Of a stretch of DNA of 64,000 nucleotides, positions 13,801-27,175 are shown piece after piece. Position numbers and translations under genes: made by a program. The notes under the pieces are model-generated. The model ran no database searches. It was given only the letters and a program-made list of their open reading frames with translations, and had not been told where the DNA came from. Position 1 is the stretch's first letter. Every line of letters begins with the position of its first letter. Source of the DNA: Squalus acanthias (taxonomy: Eukaryota); NCBI GenBank assembly GCA_030390025.1, contig CM059438.1, forward strand, positions 744,001 to 808,000, given 5' to 3'.

Positions 13801-15049
13801 CATGTAGGTGTGAAATAATTTGGCAAATCATGTTCTAAATATAGTTACTACTGCCAAAACGGCCCTGCTCTTTACAGTTGTGTTGCCGTTAGCCATCTAA
13901 TGTTTCACAAATGAGGTACCTTGCTCCTGACCTGAAACAGCTCTTTAAAGCCTTGGTCATAGTTTCCATGGCAACCTGTTATCTGGATTAGAAGTCAGGC
14001 AAAAAAATGTGCATTGTACAGCTTGTGAATCAAAATTACATTCAAACAAAATCTCGATGTGTCACAATTTTGGGTGGGGGAAAAAACCCATTGCGAAAAT
14101 GGGTTGATAATTTTAAAAATGAGATTGGAATGGGAAATTCAAGGCTGGATTCAAAATTTGCAATGATTTGTTGCAAACACAATTAAATTAAGGAACCCAC
14201 ACTAGAAGAAAAAATATATAAAGTGATGGGAAAAAAAGCTTACTCCATCCATCCCTGCAACATATTAAAATTTTAATATTGTAAACTGTGTTCAAGCAAC
14301 ACCAGCTGAAAGAGGCACGTGGAACCTGTGTGTTTAGCTTTGTTATAATGGATCAGGATTCCCAAGGAGCTGATGCTTGCAATTTACCTATTAACGAAAT
14401 CTGCATGAGGTATAAAATTGAAAACTGCACAAGTGAAGAATGACAACAAATGGCATATCAGCTTTTAATACAGATCTCAAAACTGACTCACACCATCTAA
14501 TGGGACGAGTGGGTCCAGAGGCCAATTCACCAAAAGCATTTTTTTTTGGTGAAGGTGGGAAATCCTTCAATTTTCGCCCCAGGCTATGTACCAGTTAGGC
14601 CCAAGAGAGCAGGTACCCGACCTCATTTGGAGGCATTAAGCCTATGCTCCCATTACTGCTGAAGATGCTCCAACATGCTGTATCACTAAGGCATGCAAGG
14701 ATGTGTTTTGATAAAAACCCTGTTTCGATAATGCTTTTCCCATCCAGTTTCAAAGTAGGCAGAGCTACCAACTTCTCTCCCTCCTATCCCAAATGTTTGT
14801 ATTTTGCACTTAAATGTTTTTTTGATTCCATCTCCGTGAAGTGCTTTGAGACATTTTCTATGTTAAAAGGCGCTGTATAATGCAAGTTGTTGCTGTTGTG
14901 TGACAATACTGTTCTGCTCCAGATTTCTGTGAAAACACACCGCAGATTATGACATTTTGTAAAGAACGAATGTAGTTTGCCTGGCATTCATAGGAAACAA
15001 ACCAATAGAACTATTTTTCCTTGTTTTTGTGCTCATTAAGAGCTGGGAG

Positions 15050-15345
15050 ATGTTAGTGCTCCAGAATGGAACTCTTTCCATCTGAAGCAGCCAGCGACAG
15101 CATCAAGCACTGCCAGATTAGGTATAAGATTGTTAGATAGAGTAAAGTTCCTTCTACTTCGCCTCAACACGACTCAACCCAAAACTCAGAACACCCCTCT
15201 ACTGCACCAATGTGTTATTCTTTTCATTTCCCACCAGCCATCTGAGTGAAATTGTCAATTTAGTGCCAAATTAGTAGTTTTACAATGTGGGTCTATGCTG
15301 ACTAGGAACTGCATTAAGCTTGTCCAAATTCACTTCACAAAGGAC
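15050..15345 (-). mobile_element. LF-SINE-related tRNA SINE fragment
   Basis: Reverse complement aligns with 57590-57880 (cagttcctagt...aatttggcactaaattg...actttactctatctaac). Confidence 0.55.
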
Positions 15346-16162
15346 TCTTCACACATTTTACGGTTTCCCACAATTCTAACAAGTTATGTGATTGAAGAAG
15401 GGCAAGTAACAAGGGTAATTTACTTGGAGATTAGATCACATTATACTATCCTCCAATTACTGCTAATACTAATGCCCCTGTTCATTTTCTAGCAGTGTTA
15501 ATCTTCATTATTGTGGATGCAACTATTATATTGATGCAACAAATATACTCAACGCTACAGTATAGAAATTACATCCAGTTAAACAGGTAGTCTTAACAGT
15601 TTTTTTAAGTGCTTTTTAGAATGGATTTCATTTCTATTAACAGGATGGTGTGCCCAGTTGTTTTTTTTTAGTAATGTTAGTGCATTTTTTTTTTAACACT
15701 ACAGTATTCATGCAGTCATAACAAGCAGGGGTAGCATGTCCCTGCTTCCATTATTATCCCTCTTTTTCCTTTCTCTCACCCCAATTGAAAATATTCTGGG
15801 TCCATACTTGCAAAAGGCAGGCACAGAAACAAGCCACCCAAAATTTAGCAAGATGTGTTGAGCCAGGCAGCGTTTTTGTGAATACAGTTCTTGGGTTGCC
15901 AAATTTTACAGTCTAAAGGCCAGATAATCAATGTGCTAGGAAGTAACAGTAAATGTTTGCAATTTCAAGAATTCTTTATGTTGCAAGAAGACACACCAGA
16001 AAACTGCATGGCTCCAGCACGGGTCTCAAATATTTTCTGGTTGTTAGTTAATAATTATACCTCTCCAAAAAAGAATATAGTTAGCATTCCAACTGGAATG
16101 GAGGTTCAATACATTAGCAAAAAGAAAAAATGACAAGATAACATTTCATTTTAGTGCTTTAG

Positions 16163-16200
16163 AATAAATAAATAAATATAAATAAATAAATAAATAAAAT
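16163..16200 (+). repeat. (AAAT)n microsatellite
   Basis: aataaataaataaatataaataaataaataaataaaat. Confidence 0.9.
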
Positions 16201-18331
16201 CAGTGAAGCAGAGGCTGGCCACAATCAGTTCACTTTACATTAAATAATAAATTCATTTAAAATATCATAAATAATTCAACAGAATTTTTTCCCAAGTCAC
16301 AGAGAAATGGATATGAAAAATTCAGGAGAACTTCTTCCTCACATTTCTTCTCCAAAAGAAACAATATGAAATGCTGAAAACATTTTGCCTGAAGTTGATA
16401 TTTGTCTTGTCTGACAGCCTATTTTAAAGAGGCGGGATATAGAAAGCTGGCAATTACACGTCAGTGTAAGCTGCACGAGTGTTTATGTTTTGTAGAACCC
16501 ATTGTTTTCAGAAGTCCTTTCTGTTGAATTCATGGAGAATGTTACATTACTAGAACCAAGCAGTTTCTGTAAGCAATTTTTGGGAAAATTAATGCTTTAA
16601 CAAAGGAAGTGAATGAGTAGGGTTTAAATACATCAAACAAAAATCACCTCCAGTAAACAGCTACTGCAATATACTATAATGGGTTATGAATCTTTATAAA
16701 TAAGGCTATAAGGCTACTGATCATAAAGAGGTGAGAAAGTCTCATAATACAATATTACAGTGAAGGTACCGCTTTCTCCATTTGATGTGAAGTAGTTGTG
16801 CATAATTAGGTATGAAGTATTAAGACAATTACAGTACAAGCACAGCACGATACAGTCAGCCATTTCACTGACATGAGTGAGCTGTGTTCTAGGTGAGCAC
16901 TAGCATACAATCTACTATCTTTTCTCTTGTGTTTTGATTCAGATCCATCCCCAAGCCATTCTCTGGCCAGAATATATTTTGTTAAACTTGTAGCTTGATG
17001 TCACCACCCTCTTATACTTAGAAGCTGAGGAACTGTTTCAATTTTAACTCTTCCTATAGATACACAATTGTGTGTTTTTAAGGCAGTCACTTCAGATGAC
17101 TAAACTGAAGCAAACATGTAGTCAGCACAGAAACAGTGGTGATCTGCCCCAAGACCACCACAAGCAAGCCTTGGTAATTGGATGTCAGGTTCCAGAAATT
17201 TTCCCAGCACATTTATGTACTGACTATTTCAAAATTATTATATGCACAAAAACAAATAATGAATCACAAATTAGGCATGAAAATTATACAACAGTTTAAC
17301 TACTGCAACACATTTTAGAATTTTGAAATGCAGACTTAAGAAAAAAGGGGCAAGGTGCATCGAAATGTCCAATTGAATAAAACCACCTATTATTAAATTT
17401 CTTATCACAATTATCTGATCGGTATTAAATCTTTACTCTCACATTAACACTTTCTATCGTATGCAGGTTGAAATTATTAGAGTTCTTGAGTTGCTTTAAC
17501 AGAAGACCTGGAGCCTTTCACCGTCACACATTAAGGTACTTTTACAATGATGCTGGGGCACCGGTCAGGGCCTGCGATTTTGGAATGCCATTCTGCTCTT
17601 TAGTTTACCAGCATGGCACCAGTCAGCAGCTTATGTATTTCCAAACTTAGGGAACTTTATGATGCCTTTCCCTCTTAACAAATATATGGCTGTACATTAA
17701 CAAAAGTAGTGACTGCTAATATGGTCTCCAGTTAAGCAACCAGCATTACACCTAGAAGAGCCGGAAGTTGTTTAAAAACTACATTAAGAACCTGTTACGA
17801 TGAATTTAAGGTGCAACACTAAAGATTAAACAAGATGTGAAAAGTTGAGTAAATTTAAAAGCTCCATGGTGCACTATCGCGGTGCATATCCATGTTAATG
17901 GAAAACATGTACCATCTTGATCAACATTTCATTTGCTTAGATGCAAATGTTAAATACCCCTCCTTCCAGTAAAAATAAATAAAATGTGTATGTAAAGTCC
18001 AATGAAATATCCTTGGAAAAAATGAGGGGGTTTAAAATAAACTGCCTTTTAGGCAGCAAAACTGCATTTCTATGGTAACTTGGTTATTTAAATAAAGTTA
18101 TCTTCATAGCATCAGTTCCTTTGTCAACTTCTTCGAATCAACAGGAACGGCAGTTATCAATTATTCTATCCCATTTATATGTAGCCAAGAGATCAGTTGA
18201 TACTTAACAATGACGAATACGGAACTGTTATTCAGTGCGTGCATGAAGCCACAAAACCTAACATGTCTGTCAAAACCAAAATATGCTGCTTTTCATGATT
18301 TGTCAACACACAACTACACTAGATCAAGACA

Positions 18332-18914
18332 CCTCCGTTCAGTCCGTAAGGGGGACCCCGAGCTCCCGGTGGCCTGTCACTTTAATTCACCGCTTCACTC
18401 CCACTCTGACCTCACCGTCCTCGGCCTATTACACTGTTCCACGGAAGCGCAGCGTAAGCTCGAGGAACAGCACCTCATCTTTCGTTTAGGCACGCTACAG
18501 CCCTCTGGACTCAATATCGAGTTCAACAATTTTAGATCATAACCTCAGCTCCAATCACATTTATATTTTATTTTTATTTGTCCCCCCCCCCACCTTTTTT
18601 TTTCCTCCTAGAAGCTGGCAGCTGTCCTTCATTCTGCCAGTGGATTTCACACTTCATTCAGCCTTAATCTGTCACATTAACACCACCTCTAGCCTTGCAT
18701 ATCTCTTAATGTCTCTTAATGTCTCTTCATCTCCCCCTTTGTTCCTTTATCCCCTCCCCCTTTTCCCAGCTTTACCCTGGCCTTAAATCTATTTGATTTC
18801 CGGCTCTTCCCAGTTCTGATGAAAGGTCATCGACCTGAAACGTTAACTCTCTTTCTCTCTCTCCACGGATGCTGCCTGGCCTGCTGAGTTTTTCCAGCGT
18901 TTTCTGTTGTTATT
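18332..18914 (+). mobile_element. Penelope-like retroelement 3' end: GIY-YIG endonuclease C-terminus plus pLTR with hammerhead motif (family B)
   Basis: ORF 18210..18542 part HLRSVRKGDPELPVACHFNS...RKLEEQHLIFRLGTLQPSGLN is typical of PLE GIY-YIG. 13-bp TSD ctagatcaagaca at 18319-18331 and 18915-18927. Confidence 0.9.
18812..18848 (+). ncRNA. Minimal type-I hammerhead ribozyme motif (PLE-associated)
   Basis: AGTT-CTGATGA-a-AGGTC atc GACCT-GAAA-CGTT-AACT: stem I AGTT/AACT, 5-bp stem II, palindromic AACGTT stem III. Confidence 0.7.
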
Positions 18915-21272
18915 CTAGATCAAGACAATTAGTCAACAAAACAACACAATGATTCAACAGCAAATAAGCCACCCTCTTGTACTGCACTATTCAAATAACA
19001 CGAACACAGAAAATCCAAGGTTAACAAATCTTACTCCTCAAAACCAGTCAATTCACAACAGTGTGTAAATAGCTTATTTTAATTCATCGGCATTCTAGTT
19101 TAATTTCACTTAGAATTTGAAAATGGCAGAAAGGATGAACTGCAGCAGTGATAAGGTAAAACAACAATATTCATAAGAACATAACTCCAGAGCGAAAAAA
19201 GGTCATTCTGTCCACCAAGTTCAGACCATCCAGAGTCGATGCATGACTAACTCAAAACGCCCCACCTGTTGATCTCCTACTTTAAAGGAACACTGAAGCC
19301 CTGAAATGATGTCATGATGCCAAATGTACCAACGGTTAACGCAGCCTCTGAAACCCTTCTCTATACCGTCTGGGTCGCGACGCAACCCATTTATTTTAAA
19401 TGAATGCCTCTACTAAAACAGCAAGAGGAATTTCAGATGAACACATCAAGATCTTCCCCAAGCATCACATGACAGCATCAGATCTGCTACTTCCAAGAGT
19501 TCTAAAATCCTCTTGGTTCCTTTTCTTTCTTGTGCAAATGTTACTTTGCCGTGCACCTCCTACAATAAGGGCAAACCCCCAACAACATAGCTCTTCAAGT
19601 TCACAACAGCAGGCCAGCAATAAATGTCCCTTAGATTTGCTCTCTCCCCCTCCTTTCCCTGTGTAGGGAAGTGATTGGCCACCATACCGACATTTTACCA
19701 CAGCAGCACACCTGAGAACATAAACTGGGTAGAATAGAGGGATGGGGCAGGCGAGCAAGCCCGAGCCCTACCACATTCTGATGCTACAACGGGCTGCACC
19801 ACCACACTGCCAACATTACCATGTTCATATTTTAAGGCACAGAAGTTCTGACATAGAGGGCATGTGTAATGAGAGAATAAAGAGAATTACCGATTTTATT
19901 CCTCAAGAACGACAAACCTAACAAGCCTTTCAATTGTGTTTAGAATAAACATTTAGTCAAACTCATGTTAGAATTCATTGTTTTAAAGTTACTTTGTGGA
20001 AATATAAATCTTATCCCACAATTTTGTATTCAACCCAACATACATGGTATAACTTTAAATTATGCCAAGGATACAAGCCAGTTTAAAATAACTATTTTCA
20101 ACTCTTAATTACAAAGTTTATATGTTGTGCTCTTCAAATTTGCCTAACGTTGTTTCCCCCTTTCCTGTCTAGTTTTTATTTTAAACAAATTAAAGAACGA
20201 TATGTTATCCACAGATTTGATTCTTTAAAACCCATTTAATAATGAAAATATGCAACAAAAAAAAAAATCACTTGTCAACTTCTACTCGTTCCAAATTTGT
20301 CAGTTCATTGTCCAATTCTGCAGAGCTATACTAGCAGAACAAATGGCCTTTCCTCCTGCATTGACCGGACTCTCCTGAAATTAGAGTGTTCTAAAACTTT
20401 TTTTTTAACATTACCTGCCACTTCAAGAGAGAATGCAAACAGTACTCCACATTTTTGGATTAGAAATATTTTAGTTCCTGCACAATGTTAAGAAGCTACA
20501 ACTTTATCTCTGTAAACTCTTTCTAATCCCCTGATGGTGGTGGTGGTGGTGATGGGGGAAAGTTATGCCACCTTCATAGGAGGACAGTCGAAGTAGCCAA
20601 GGGTTTACCTAATCGATCTGTACAAGCCACAATTGTGCCCTCTTGTGGGGTCCATAATTAAGGCCATTAAGTCCCCCTACTTTGAAGATAAATCTAGCTC
20701 TTTTGTATGCAATCCAAATGGATTTATCAAATTTGAACTAACGCAAAGACAACATTTCATAACTGATACTATAGCTTTAAAACTTACCAAACGATCAGTT
20801 AGTAGCTCCACAGAACATTACCAAATTGCAGTGCCAACTTAAGAACGACTCACAGTGACAATTACCACAAAATGTGCTAGTACTTATTAAAAAGAAGCCA
20901 CTACATGCTCTAATGCTCCAAATATGAAGAACAATTTGCATGAAGATAACCAATGTTGGTGAAGGCAGATCCGAGACTCACTGTACTGGAGTCTAAATTT
21001 AATCCTTTTAAAAAACATTTCCAAGTATAGAGATGCTGTTACAGCAAGACTTGTATACTGTTTAAGCATCATTAAAATACAAGACTCCACTTTATACTCA
21101 CGTTGAACTTGTAAAACGAATTTTACAGTAATTGTCAAACAGGAAGTGTCAGTGAAGGAGGGGATTCCAATATTTGGTCCTCAACTTAATTAGTGAAACA
21201 GGATTATTTTAAACAAACGCCAGCAGGTTAACTAACCTTGCAACGCCAAATATTTGGTGATTATCATGAATT

Positions 21273-21293
21273 GGGGGGGGGGGGGGGGGGGGG
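21273..21293 (+). repeat. Poly-G tract (about 21 nt)
   Basis: Run of G read directly from the sequence. Confidence 0.9.
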
Positions 21294-22837
21294 CGCTGAC
21301 CGTGCAGAGGTACAACCTCTTGTGGTTTCGGGTTCTGTGCTCCTCGCTGCCTCTTAGCTAGCTAGGCCTGTTTCCAATGATATCTAATAAAAGCGCAGCC
21401 ATAACAAAACCTTCTTTTATTCAGCTACAGCCAGGCTACTCTGTTTCACCGCCCGACCGCTCTGCTGATCCATCTCAATTTGTTAAGAGTTTAAAAAGAA
21501 ATAACAATTTATACCACCAGGGACTGAGCGCATCTAAAAAATGTTTTTTTTAAAGATATGTGGGTCAAAATAGCCAGACAACAGTGAAAGCCATACTCTC
21601 TCTCTGCTCAGCCTGTTAAATCGCTACAATCAACTTACATTTCATATAGATGGTTTCCAGTTCGCAATCATTCCATTGTCCCTGAACTCCATTAAGGGAA
21701 ATTTGTCAAGACATAATTTTTTTCCAAAAAAAGATAGAACTACAGTAAGATCCCAGGAGCCCGCAAGCCTTGGTGAAAGGGACCTGAGGAGTCCCGCCCG
21801 CATCTGCCCCGATTGGCTCAGGGCACAGAACACCTCCTCGACTGGCTATTACACCTGTCAATCTGCAGCTTGTGAAGGCTGCAGCATGTGCCTGTTTCAT
21901 TTTCATTAAAACGGGAAAAAAATTAAAAAATTGACATAAATTACCTAAAAAAATGTACACAATTAGCTCCAATAATATCTATTACTGTGATAGATATGTA
22001 CAGAATTAGCTCCAATAATAAGCGTCAATTACTGTGATTTATTTTCAGCTCCTTACAACCCCACTCCCCTCCAGGCAAGCAATGAGATTACGGACACTTT
22101 GCCCCCATTCCTAAGGTTATTGATTTGATTTTATTGGGTGGGGAAGAACCAAAGCATTGTTGGAAGCCTGCAATACCAGCACACGCCTTGTATAGGATAG
22201 TTCCTCGCCACTCCAGATTATAAATCTCGTTGCCAGTTCAAGTCGAACAAGACTCAATGGAACCTTTTCCTTTATTGCAGAATTCTATATTTAGATATAA
22301 TACATTCTACTTCAAAAACATTTGGGAAGTCAAATGTAAAGCAAATTCACCATTTTTGAATGATTTAAAAAAACCATTTAAAACACTTATGGTTTGATGT
22401 ACCAAATTCCAAAATAAAATTAAAAAGGGGCAGGAAATAGTTTGGCCAATTATTCTTGATTTTTTTCTAAGCTAGGAATATGAATACCCAGGGTATAAAT
22501 CTCCTATCAATTTCATGTCAAATGCATTTCTTGAACTGATGCGAGAGCAGGAAACGCGAATGCCATGAACAGTGCCTGGACTGCAGTATAGGTTACCAAG
22601 ATTCAATTTAGCAACTCTATTTTATAGAAAGCTGCGTAAGTGTTCAGTGCTGATCCTGCTATAAGTGCTATTCACCTTGGTACTGCTAGTTTATAGCGCT
22701 TCAGAAGTCTGTCCCATGTTAAGTACAAACTCCTTTGTTACTGCATTGAAAAAAATGCACAAAGATTCAGAGAGCATTTAGAAAGAGATTACATTCAGAC
22801 GTTTTCCTTTGCTGGACCAGAGTAGTACTGCTGTAAA

Positions 22838-23004
22838 TAAAAATAGAAAATACTGGAAATACTCAGCAAGTCAGATGACATCAGTGGAGAGAGAAACAGA
22901 GTTAACGTTTCAGGTTGGTGACCTTTCAACAGGACTTAGTGTTCCCAGCATTTTCCGTTTTTATTTTAGATTTCCAGCATCCGCAGTATTTTCCTTTTGT
23001 TTTG
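22838..23004. mobile_element. Penelope family-B pLTR insertion with inverted segment, in proximal LCOR 3'UTR
   Basis: 13-bp TSD gtactgctgtaaa at 22825-22837 and 23005-23017. Minus-strand hammerhead relic with a CTGTTGA core at 22900-22936. Confidence 0.8.
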
Positions 23005-23187
23005 GTACTGCTGTAAAGTTTGCTCGTTTTAAACAAAGAGTAATTGGTATTTTCAGTAGCAAAGGAGCTCTCCCTTTTGTTCCCCAACTCCCCCCACCAC
23101 CCCGCCACCATGTTGTCTTTTCGAATTGTTGCTGTTCTATACTAGTGCTCACCCAGATACTAAAAGTACTAGCACCAACACAAAACC

Positions 23188-24148
23188 CTACTCAACTTTC
23201 GAATTGCTAGGACTGTGTTCCAGCTCGTCATCCAACTCTTGGGGCTCTGGACTGAGGAGTTTCAGCTTTTTCTTTGGCGGGTTTTTCAAAGTACCCAGCC
23301 TCTCTTTCACTTTGTACTCCAGGGTGCTGTGAGGGATTCCGTAGGTACTCTGCGCTTTCGAGACACTCATCTTTCCATTCATCACCACAGTGATAGCTTC
23401 TTCAAGGATCTCATTGTTGTACTGTCGGTAGCGTCCTCGCTTTTTTCTAGGCTGCTTTGAGTCGCCTTCTTGGTCAGAAGTGGCCCGCTGCTTGCTAGAG
23501 GTTGGCTGGTCCACATCTGAGCCCCAGGAATCATGTCCTCCATCAACCAAGCTCACCACCCCTTTCCTGTGCCACAAATTCTGCTTTGGAAGGATCACTC
23601 TGAGTTTCCTGTGAAGTGCGCTTTCAATCTGTGAATTCATGAGCAATGGGCTATAGGTATAATGATTTGTGGCATTGGTTTCACAAGAGAGATCCATTCC
23701 CCGAACCTGTGGTATCTTCAAATCCACTGAAGCTGAATGGCCTTGGTCTTTCTTCCCATCATGTTTTGTCTGAACCGATCCTCTCTGAAATGTAACCTGA
23801 TGGAAAGGAAGTTCCTTGGTATCTGCAGATGTATCCTTTCCCCTGAATTTTACATGTTCCAAATTGAATTCATAATGTGGTTTGGCCCAGGGTGCCTCTC
23901 TGGCTAGTATTAAGTGCTGTCCACGGTGCTGAGATGCTGGTCCTAAATTGGATGTAGTAGATGCCTCATTCCTGCTTACTGGTTCCTCACCCTTTTGGGT
24001 TGATCGAGTCACCGGTATTTTGAGAACAACAGAAGATCCATAACTGTCCTGCGTCACTGTCTGAATGCTTCTTAGCGACTTTGGAAGTGCCCCTTCAATA
24101 CTTTGCGATTCGCAGTCCAATTGTTGTTGGCCAGCTCTCCCAGGACGC
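23188..24148 (-). CDS. LCOR: LCOR terminal coding exon with NLS and pipsqueak-type HTH DNA-binding domain; stop TAG
   Basis: cctag acceptor at 24150-24149. (G)RPGRAGQQQ leads into ORF 23188..24120. QHLILAREAPWAKPHYEFNL, VDLKIPQVRGMDLS and KQPRKKRGRYRQYNNEILEEAI...GIPHSTLEYKVKERLGTLKNPPKKK fit LCOR rather than LCORL. Confidence 0.97.
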
Positions 24149-24869
24149 CTAGGATTGGATGGAAGGAAACTCAGGTGAGCAGGACTTGCACAGGCAGGAA
24201 GGGATGGATGGGGTCACTCCTTTATTAGAAGACCTTGCTTGGGTAACATCACTTTATGAATCTATAGAATTTAACCACCTCAGCTTCTGCATCAATTTTA
24301 ATTTTATTTTGTTTGAATAATTATTTATAAAATGGTTAGAAAATATTCACCAACAGTCTGAAATAGCTCAAACTGAGGCATTGGAATCAAAGCTCCCCCA
24401 AAATACAAAAATTATTCAGCAGTAAGGGCAGTCATTTTGTTTTTAAAAAGGGTGCACAAATTTCTGTTGAAATGACTCGCGCAAATAATCTACAAACAGT
24501 AGCTTTATTGCACATTACAACTTAACATATATTGTCACTCTACAAATACAAAATTGATTTTAGTGCAACAAATGTGACGTTACCGCTAAACAAGTAATAA
24601 AAGAGTCAGCCAAATGATTCAAGATTAAACATTTAATGCCATAATAATAAAATAGCACATTAAACCTTTGTGCAAGCCACACTTTCACCAAAACATAGGA
24701 ATGACCTTCTAATAAATATATCTTAAAAAAACAATATATTTATTAAAGTCTCTGATGAAGCCAAAACAGGAAAGTTCCCAATAATTTTGCAGTGCTTGCC
24801 AGCGTGACTTCAACACAGATTACGCCCTTCATGTGCATTACACTTTTTTCCTGCTCATCTTTCCCTTTT

Positions 24870-25382
24870 TCCTCCCCTCACTCACTCCTGAAGCCACTGA
24901 CTCATGCTAGGGTACAGTTCCACAGGTGCTAAGTGCCCTCTGGTACTTGGCCCAGGGGGCCACTCTTCACATCTGAGCCGAGGGAGTGAGTATTGACAGG
25001 CTATTTGATCACAGATCCATGAAAAGGAAACATTTGCAGGGTTATGGGGAAAGAGCAGGGGAGTAGGACTAATTGGAGAGCTCCTTCAAACAGCCGGCAC
25101 AGGCATGATGGGTTGAAAGGCCTCCTTCTGTGCTGTGTGATTCTATGATCACAGTTCAGCTCATTCTTGTTCTCCACACAGATGCACTCTCCAGTGAGGG
25201 TCACTGGATAGCTAACAGGAGTGGGAACCCTCCAAGCCAAGGGTGCAAAAGCCAATTGTAGCACCCTTACTGCCATCCCAGCAGAGATCAGATTAATCAG
25301 CACAGAGCAGGAATTAACCTAGGACCTCACTGGTCTATGTGGCCCAGCTGTTTACTGCTTTAACCAATTGAGCCATTTAGGA
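24870..25382 (-). mobile_element. tRNA-derived SINE interrupted by a CR1 3' tail (25015-25145)
   Basis: Minus-strand head tggctcaattggttaaagc...ggtcctaggttaattcc. The nested CR1 tail is flanked by TSD tgatcacag (25006-25014, 25146-25154). Related fragments at about 11840-11995, 28600-28860 and 43040-43230. Confidence 0.65.
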
Positions 25383-25416
25383 ATCATATATTACTGCTTT
25401 CATACTCACTACATTC

Positions 25417-25778
25417 ATAGAAGGATACAGCACAGAAGACGACCATTCGGTCCATCGTGCCTGTGCTTGAGCTAGCCAATTAGTCCCATTTCCCTGCTCT
25501 TTCCCCATTGCCTTGCAAATTTTTCCCCTTTAAGTATTTATCCAATTCCCTTTTGAAAGTTACTATTAAATCTGCTTCCACCACCCTTTCAGGCAGCACA
25601 TTCCAGATCATCATAACTTGCTCCATAAACAAATTTCTTCTCATCTCACCTCTGGTTCTTTTGCCAATTACCTTCAATCTGTGTCCTCTGGTTACCGACC
25701 CTCCTGCCACTGGAAACAGTTTCTCCTTATTTACTCTATCAAAACCCTTCATGATTTTGAACACCTCTATCAAATCTA
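25417..25778 (-). mobile_element. CR1 LINE 3' fragment
   Basis: ORF 25480..25812 DLIEVFKIMKGFDRV...TRGHRLKV. Same subfamily as 41500-42400 and 53860-54815. Confidence 0.88.
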
Positions 25779-26659
25779 AATGCAACATTTCAAATTGCTG
25801 ATCATTAACCAATAATTTTCACTTACCATCTGATTTGTACATTACATCAATTCCACTGTATAATTTTTGATACTTTTACCCTTTTGAGAATTTGGGAATT
25901 TTTGCATCATGGGCACAGAACTTCTTCTGGGTAGCACCATTAGTAATAAATACTAAACTGTATCATTTGCACACATTCCAGTTTTAATATTCTACAACTA
26001 TAATTAATTTTTTTTTTTTTTTAAACAGGGATGCCCTTCTTACCAGGTGTGTACTCAAATCAGACTCTAGGATACATGCAGATTTGATAGCAACAAGTCA
26101 GATTTGTGGGAAGAAAAGTATCAAAATACTACTTTAGTGTGGTCCTTGCAGTTGTAGATATATAGTGGGGGTGGGGAAGAGAAAAGAAAATGATCCTTAT
26201 TAGATCCTACATAGGTTAGATATATGATGAAGATCACTATTTTGTAACATCTGCAAGAAAGCAGCCCAGTATGAGATTGCTCACACCAGATATCTGTAGC
26301 CCCTTGCGTGCCAATCTGTGCTGAATTGTAGGTCGTCTTGCTCGAAAGGTCAGCAAGAGAAATTTCACTTTGGCTCCTCATAGCTGGTAGAGAATTATGC
26401 CTCATGAGTTCAGGCTTGATCCAGTTCAGTGAGATTAAGTAGTGAGCTAACTCACTGCATTATCCACTGCCTTCATTTTCAGTTCTAAAAACAGTTAGTA
26501 AGGAGTATTACACTTCACCATTCAGTATTTGTTACATTAATAGACAAAAACAAAAAAAAATGCGCAGCAAAATCTAACAGTCTGTTAATAGGATACTCGT
26601 TACTTACTGTGGCCTCTAGTTTAACATTTCATTTTGATTATTTAATAACCTCCAAAAAC

Positions 26660-27175
26660 ACATCCTTTCCTGCGGATGAGGACAATCTTAGTTGATTCAC
26701 CCAGTGCGACCTAAACTTCCCCGACCACAGCATCCAATTGGTTCTTAAATAATTCCAGAGCTTTCACCTCCGCTATTCTATCCGGGAGTCCATTCCACCT
26801 GCTGATCACTGCTTGCTTGAAAGCACAACTCCCTGGCATCTATCCTAAATTGCCTTTCACGAGTTCTACCCGAGCAATTTAATTTAAGGTGATTTTCTGG
26901 AGTACCCTTTTTCAGACCACTTAATATCTTATATACTTCTAGAAGGTTGGACGGCTCTTTTCAAGACTGAGCAGCCCAAGTTCCTCAAGCGTTTCCCGAT
27001 AACTCAGACCTCTAACACTAGGGAACAGTCTGGTGGCTCTTCTCACTGTCTCCGAAGCTTGGATGTCTTGGTGACCAGAAATGTCACAAGGTATGATCTA
27101 GCCAGAGCATTATACAGGTTTAAACATGAATTTCTCTGACTTGTTTTGGCTATATAATTCAACATTCTACTGGCT
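26660..27175 (-). mobile_element. Old degenerate CR1 fragment
   Basis: Residual CR1 3' motifs (gagtccattccac, catctatcctaaatt, gtgaccagaa...ccagagcattatacag). Confidence 0.55.

Larger units (their letters stand above)
13470..23187 (-). other. LCOR: Probable long LCOR 3'UTR (distal end uncertain)
   Basis: AT-rich, ORF-free and relatively LINE-poor sequence after the stop codon. Several minus-strand AATAAA/ATTAAA hexamers (e.g. about 22271, 21416, 19895, 13531). The true end cannot be fixed from sequence alone. Confidence 0.4.

Noticed and set aside
23215-23460. Short + strand ORFs over the terminal exon
   Set aside because: Antisense shadows of the LCOR coding frame.
24168-24255. Possible C/D-box snoRNA (GTGATGT...CTGA on the minus strand)
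   Set aside because: C box is imperfect, there is no terminal stem, and the D box is too close to the acceptor.
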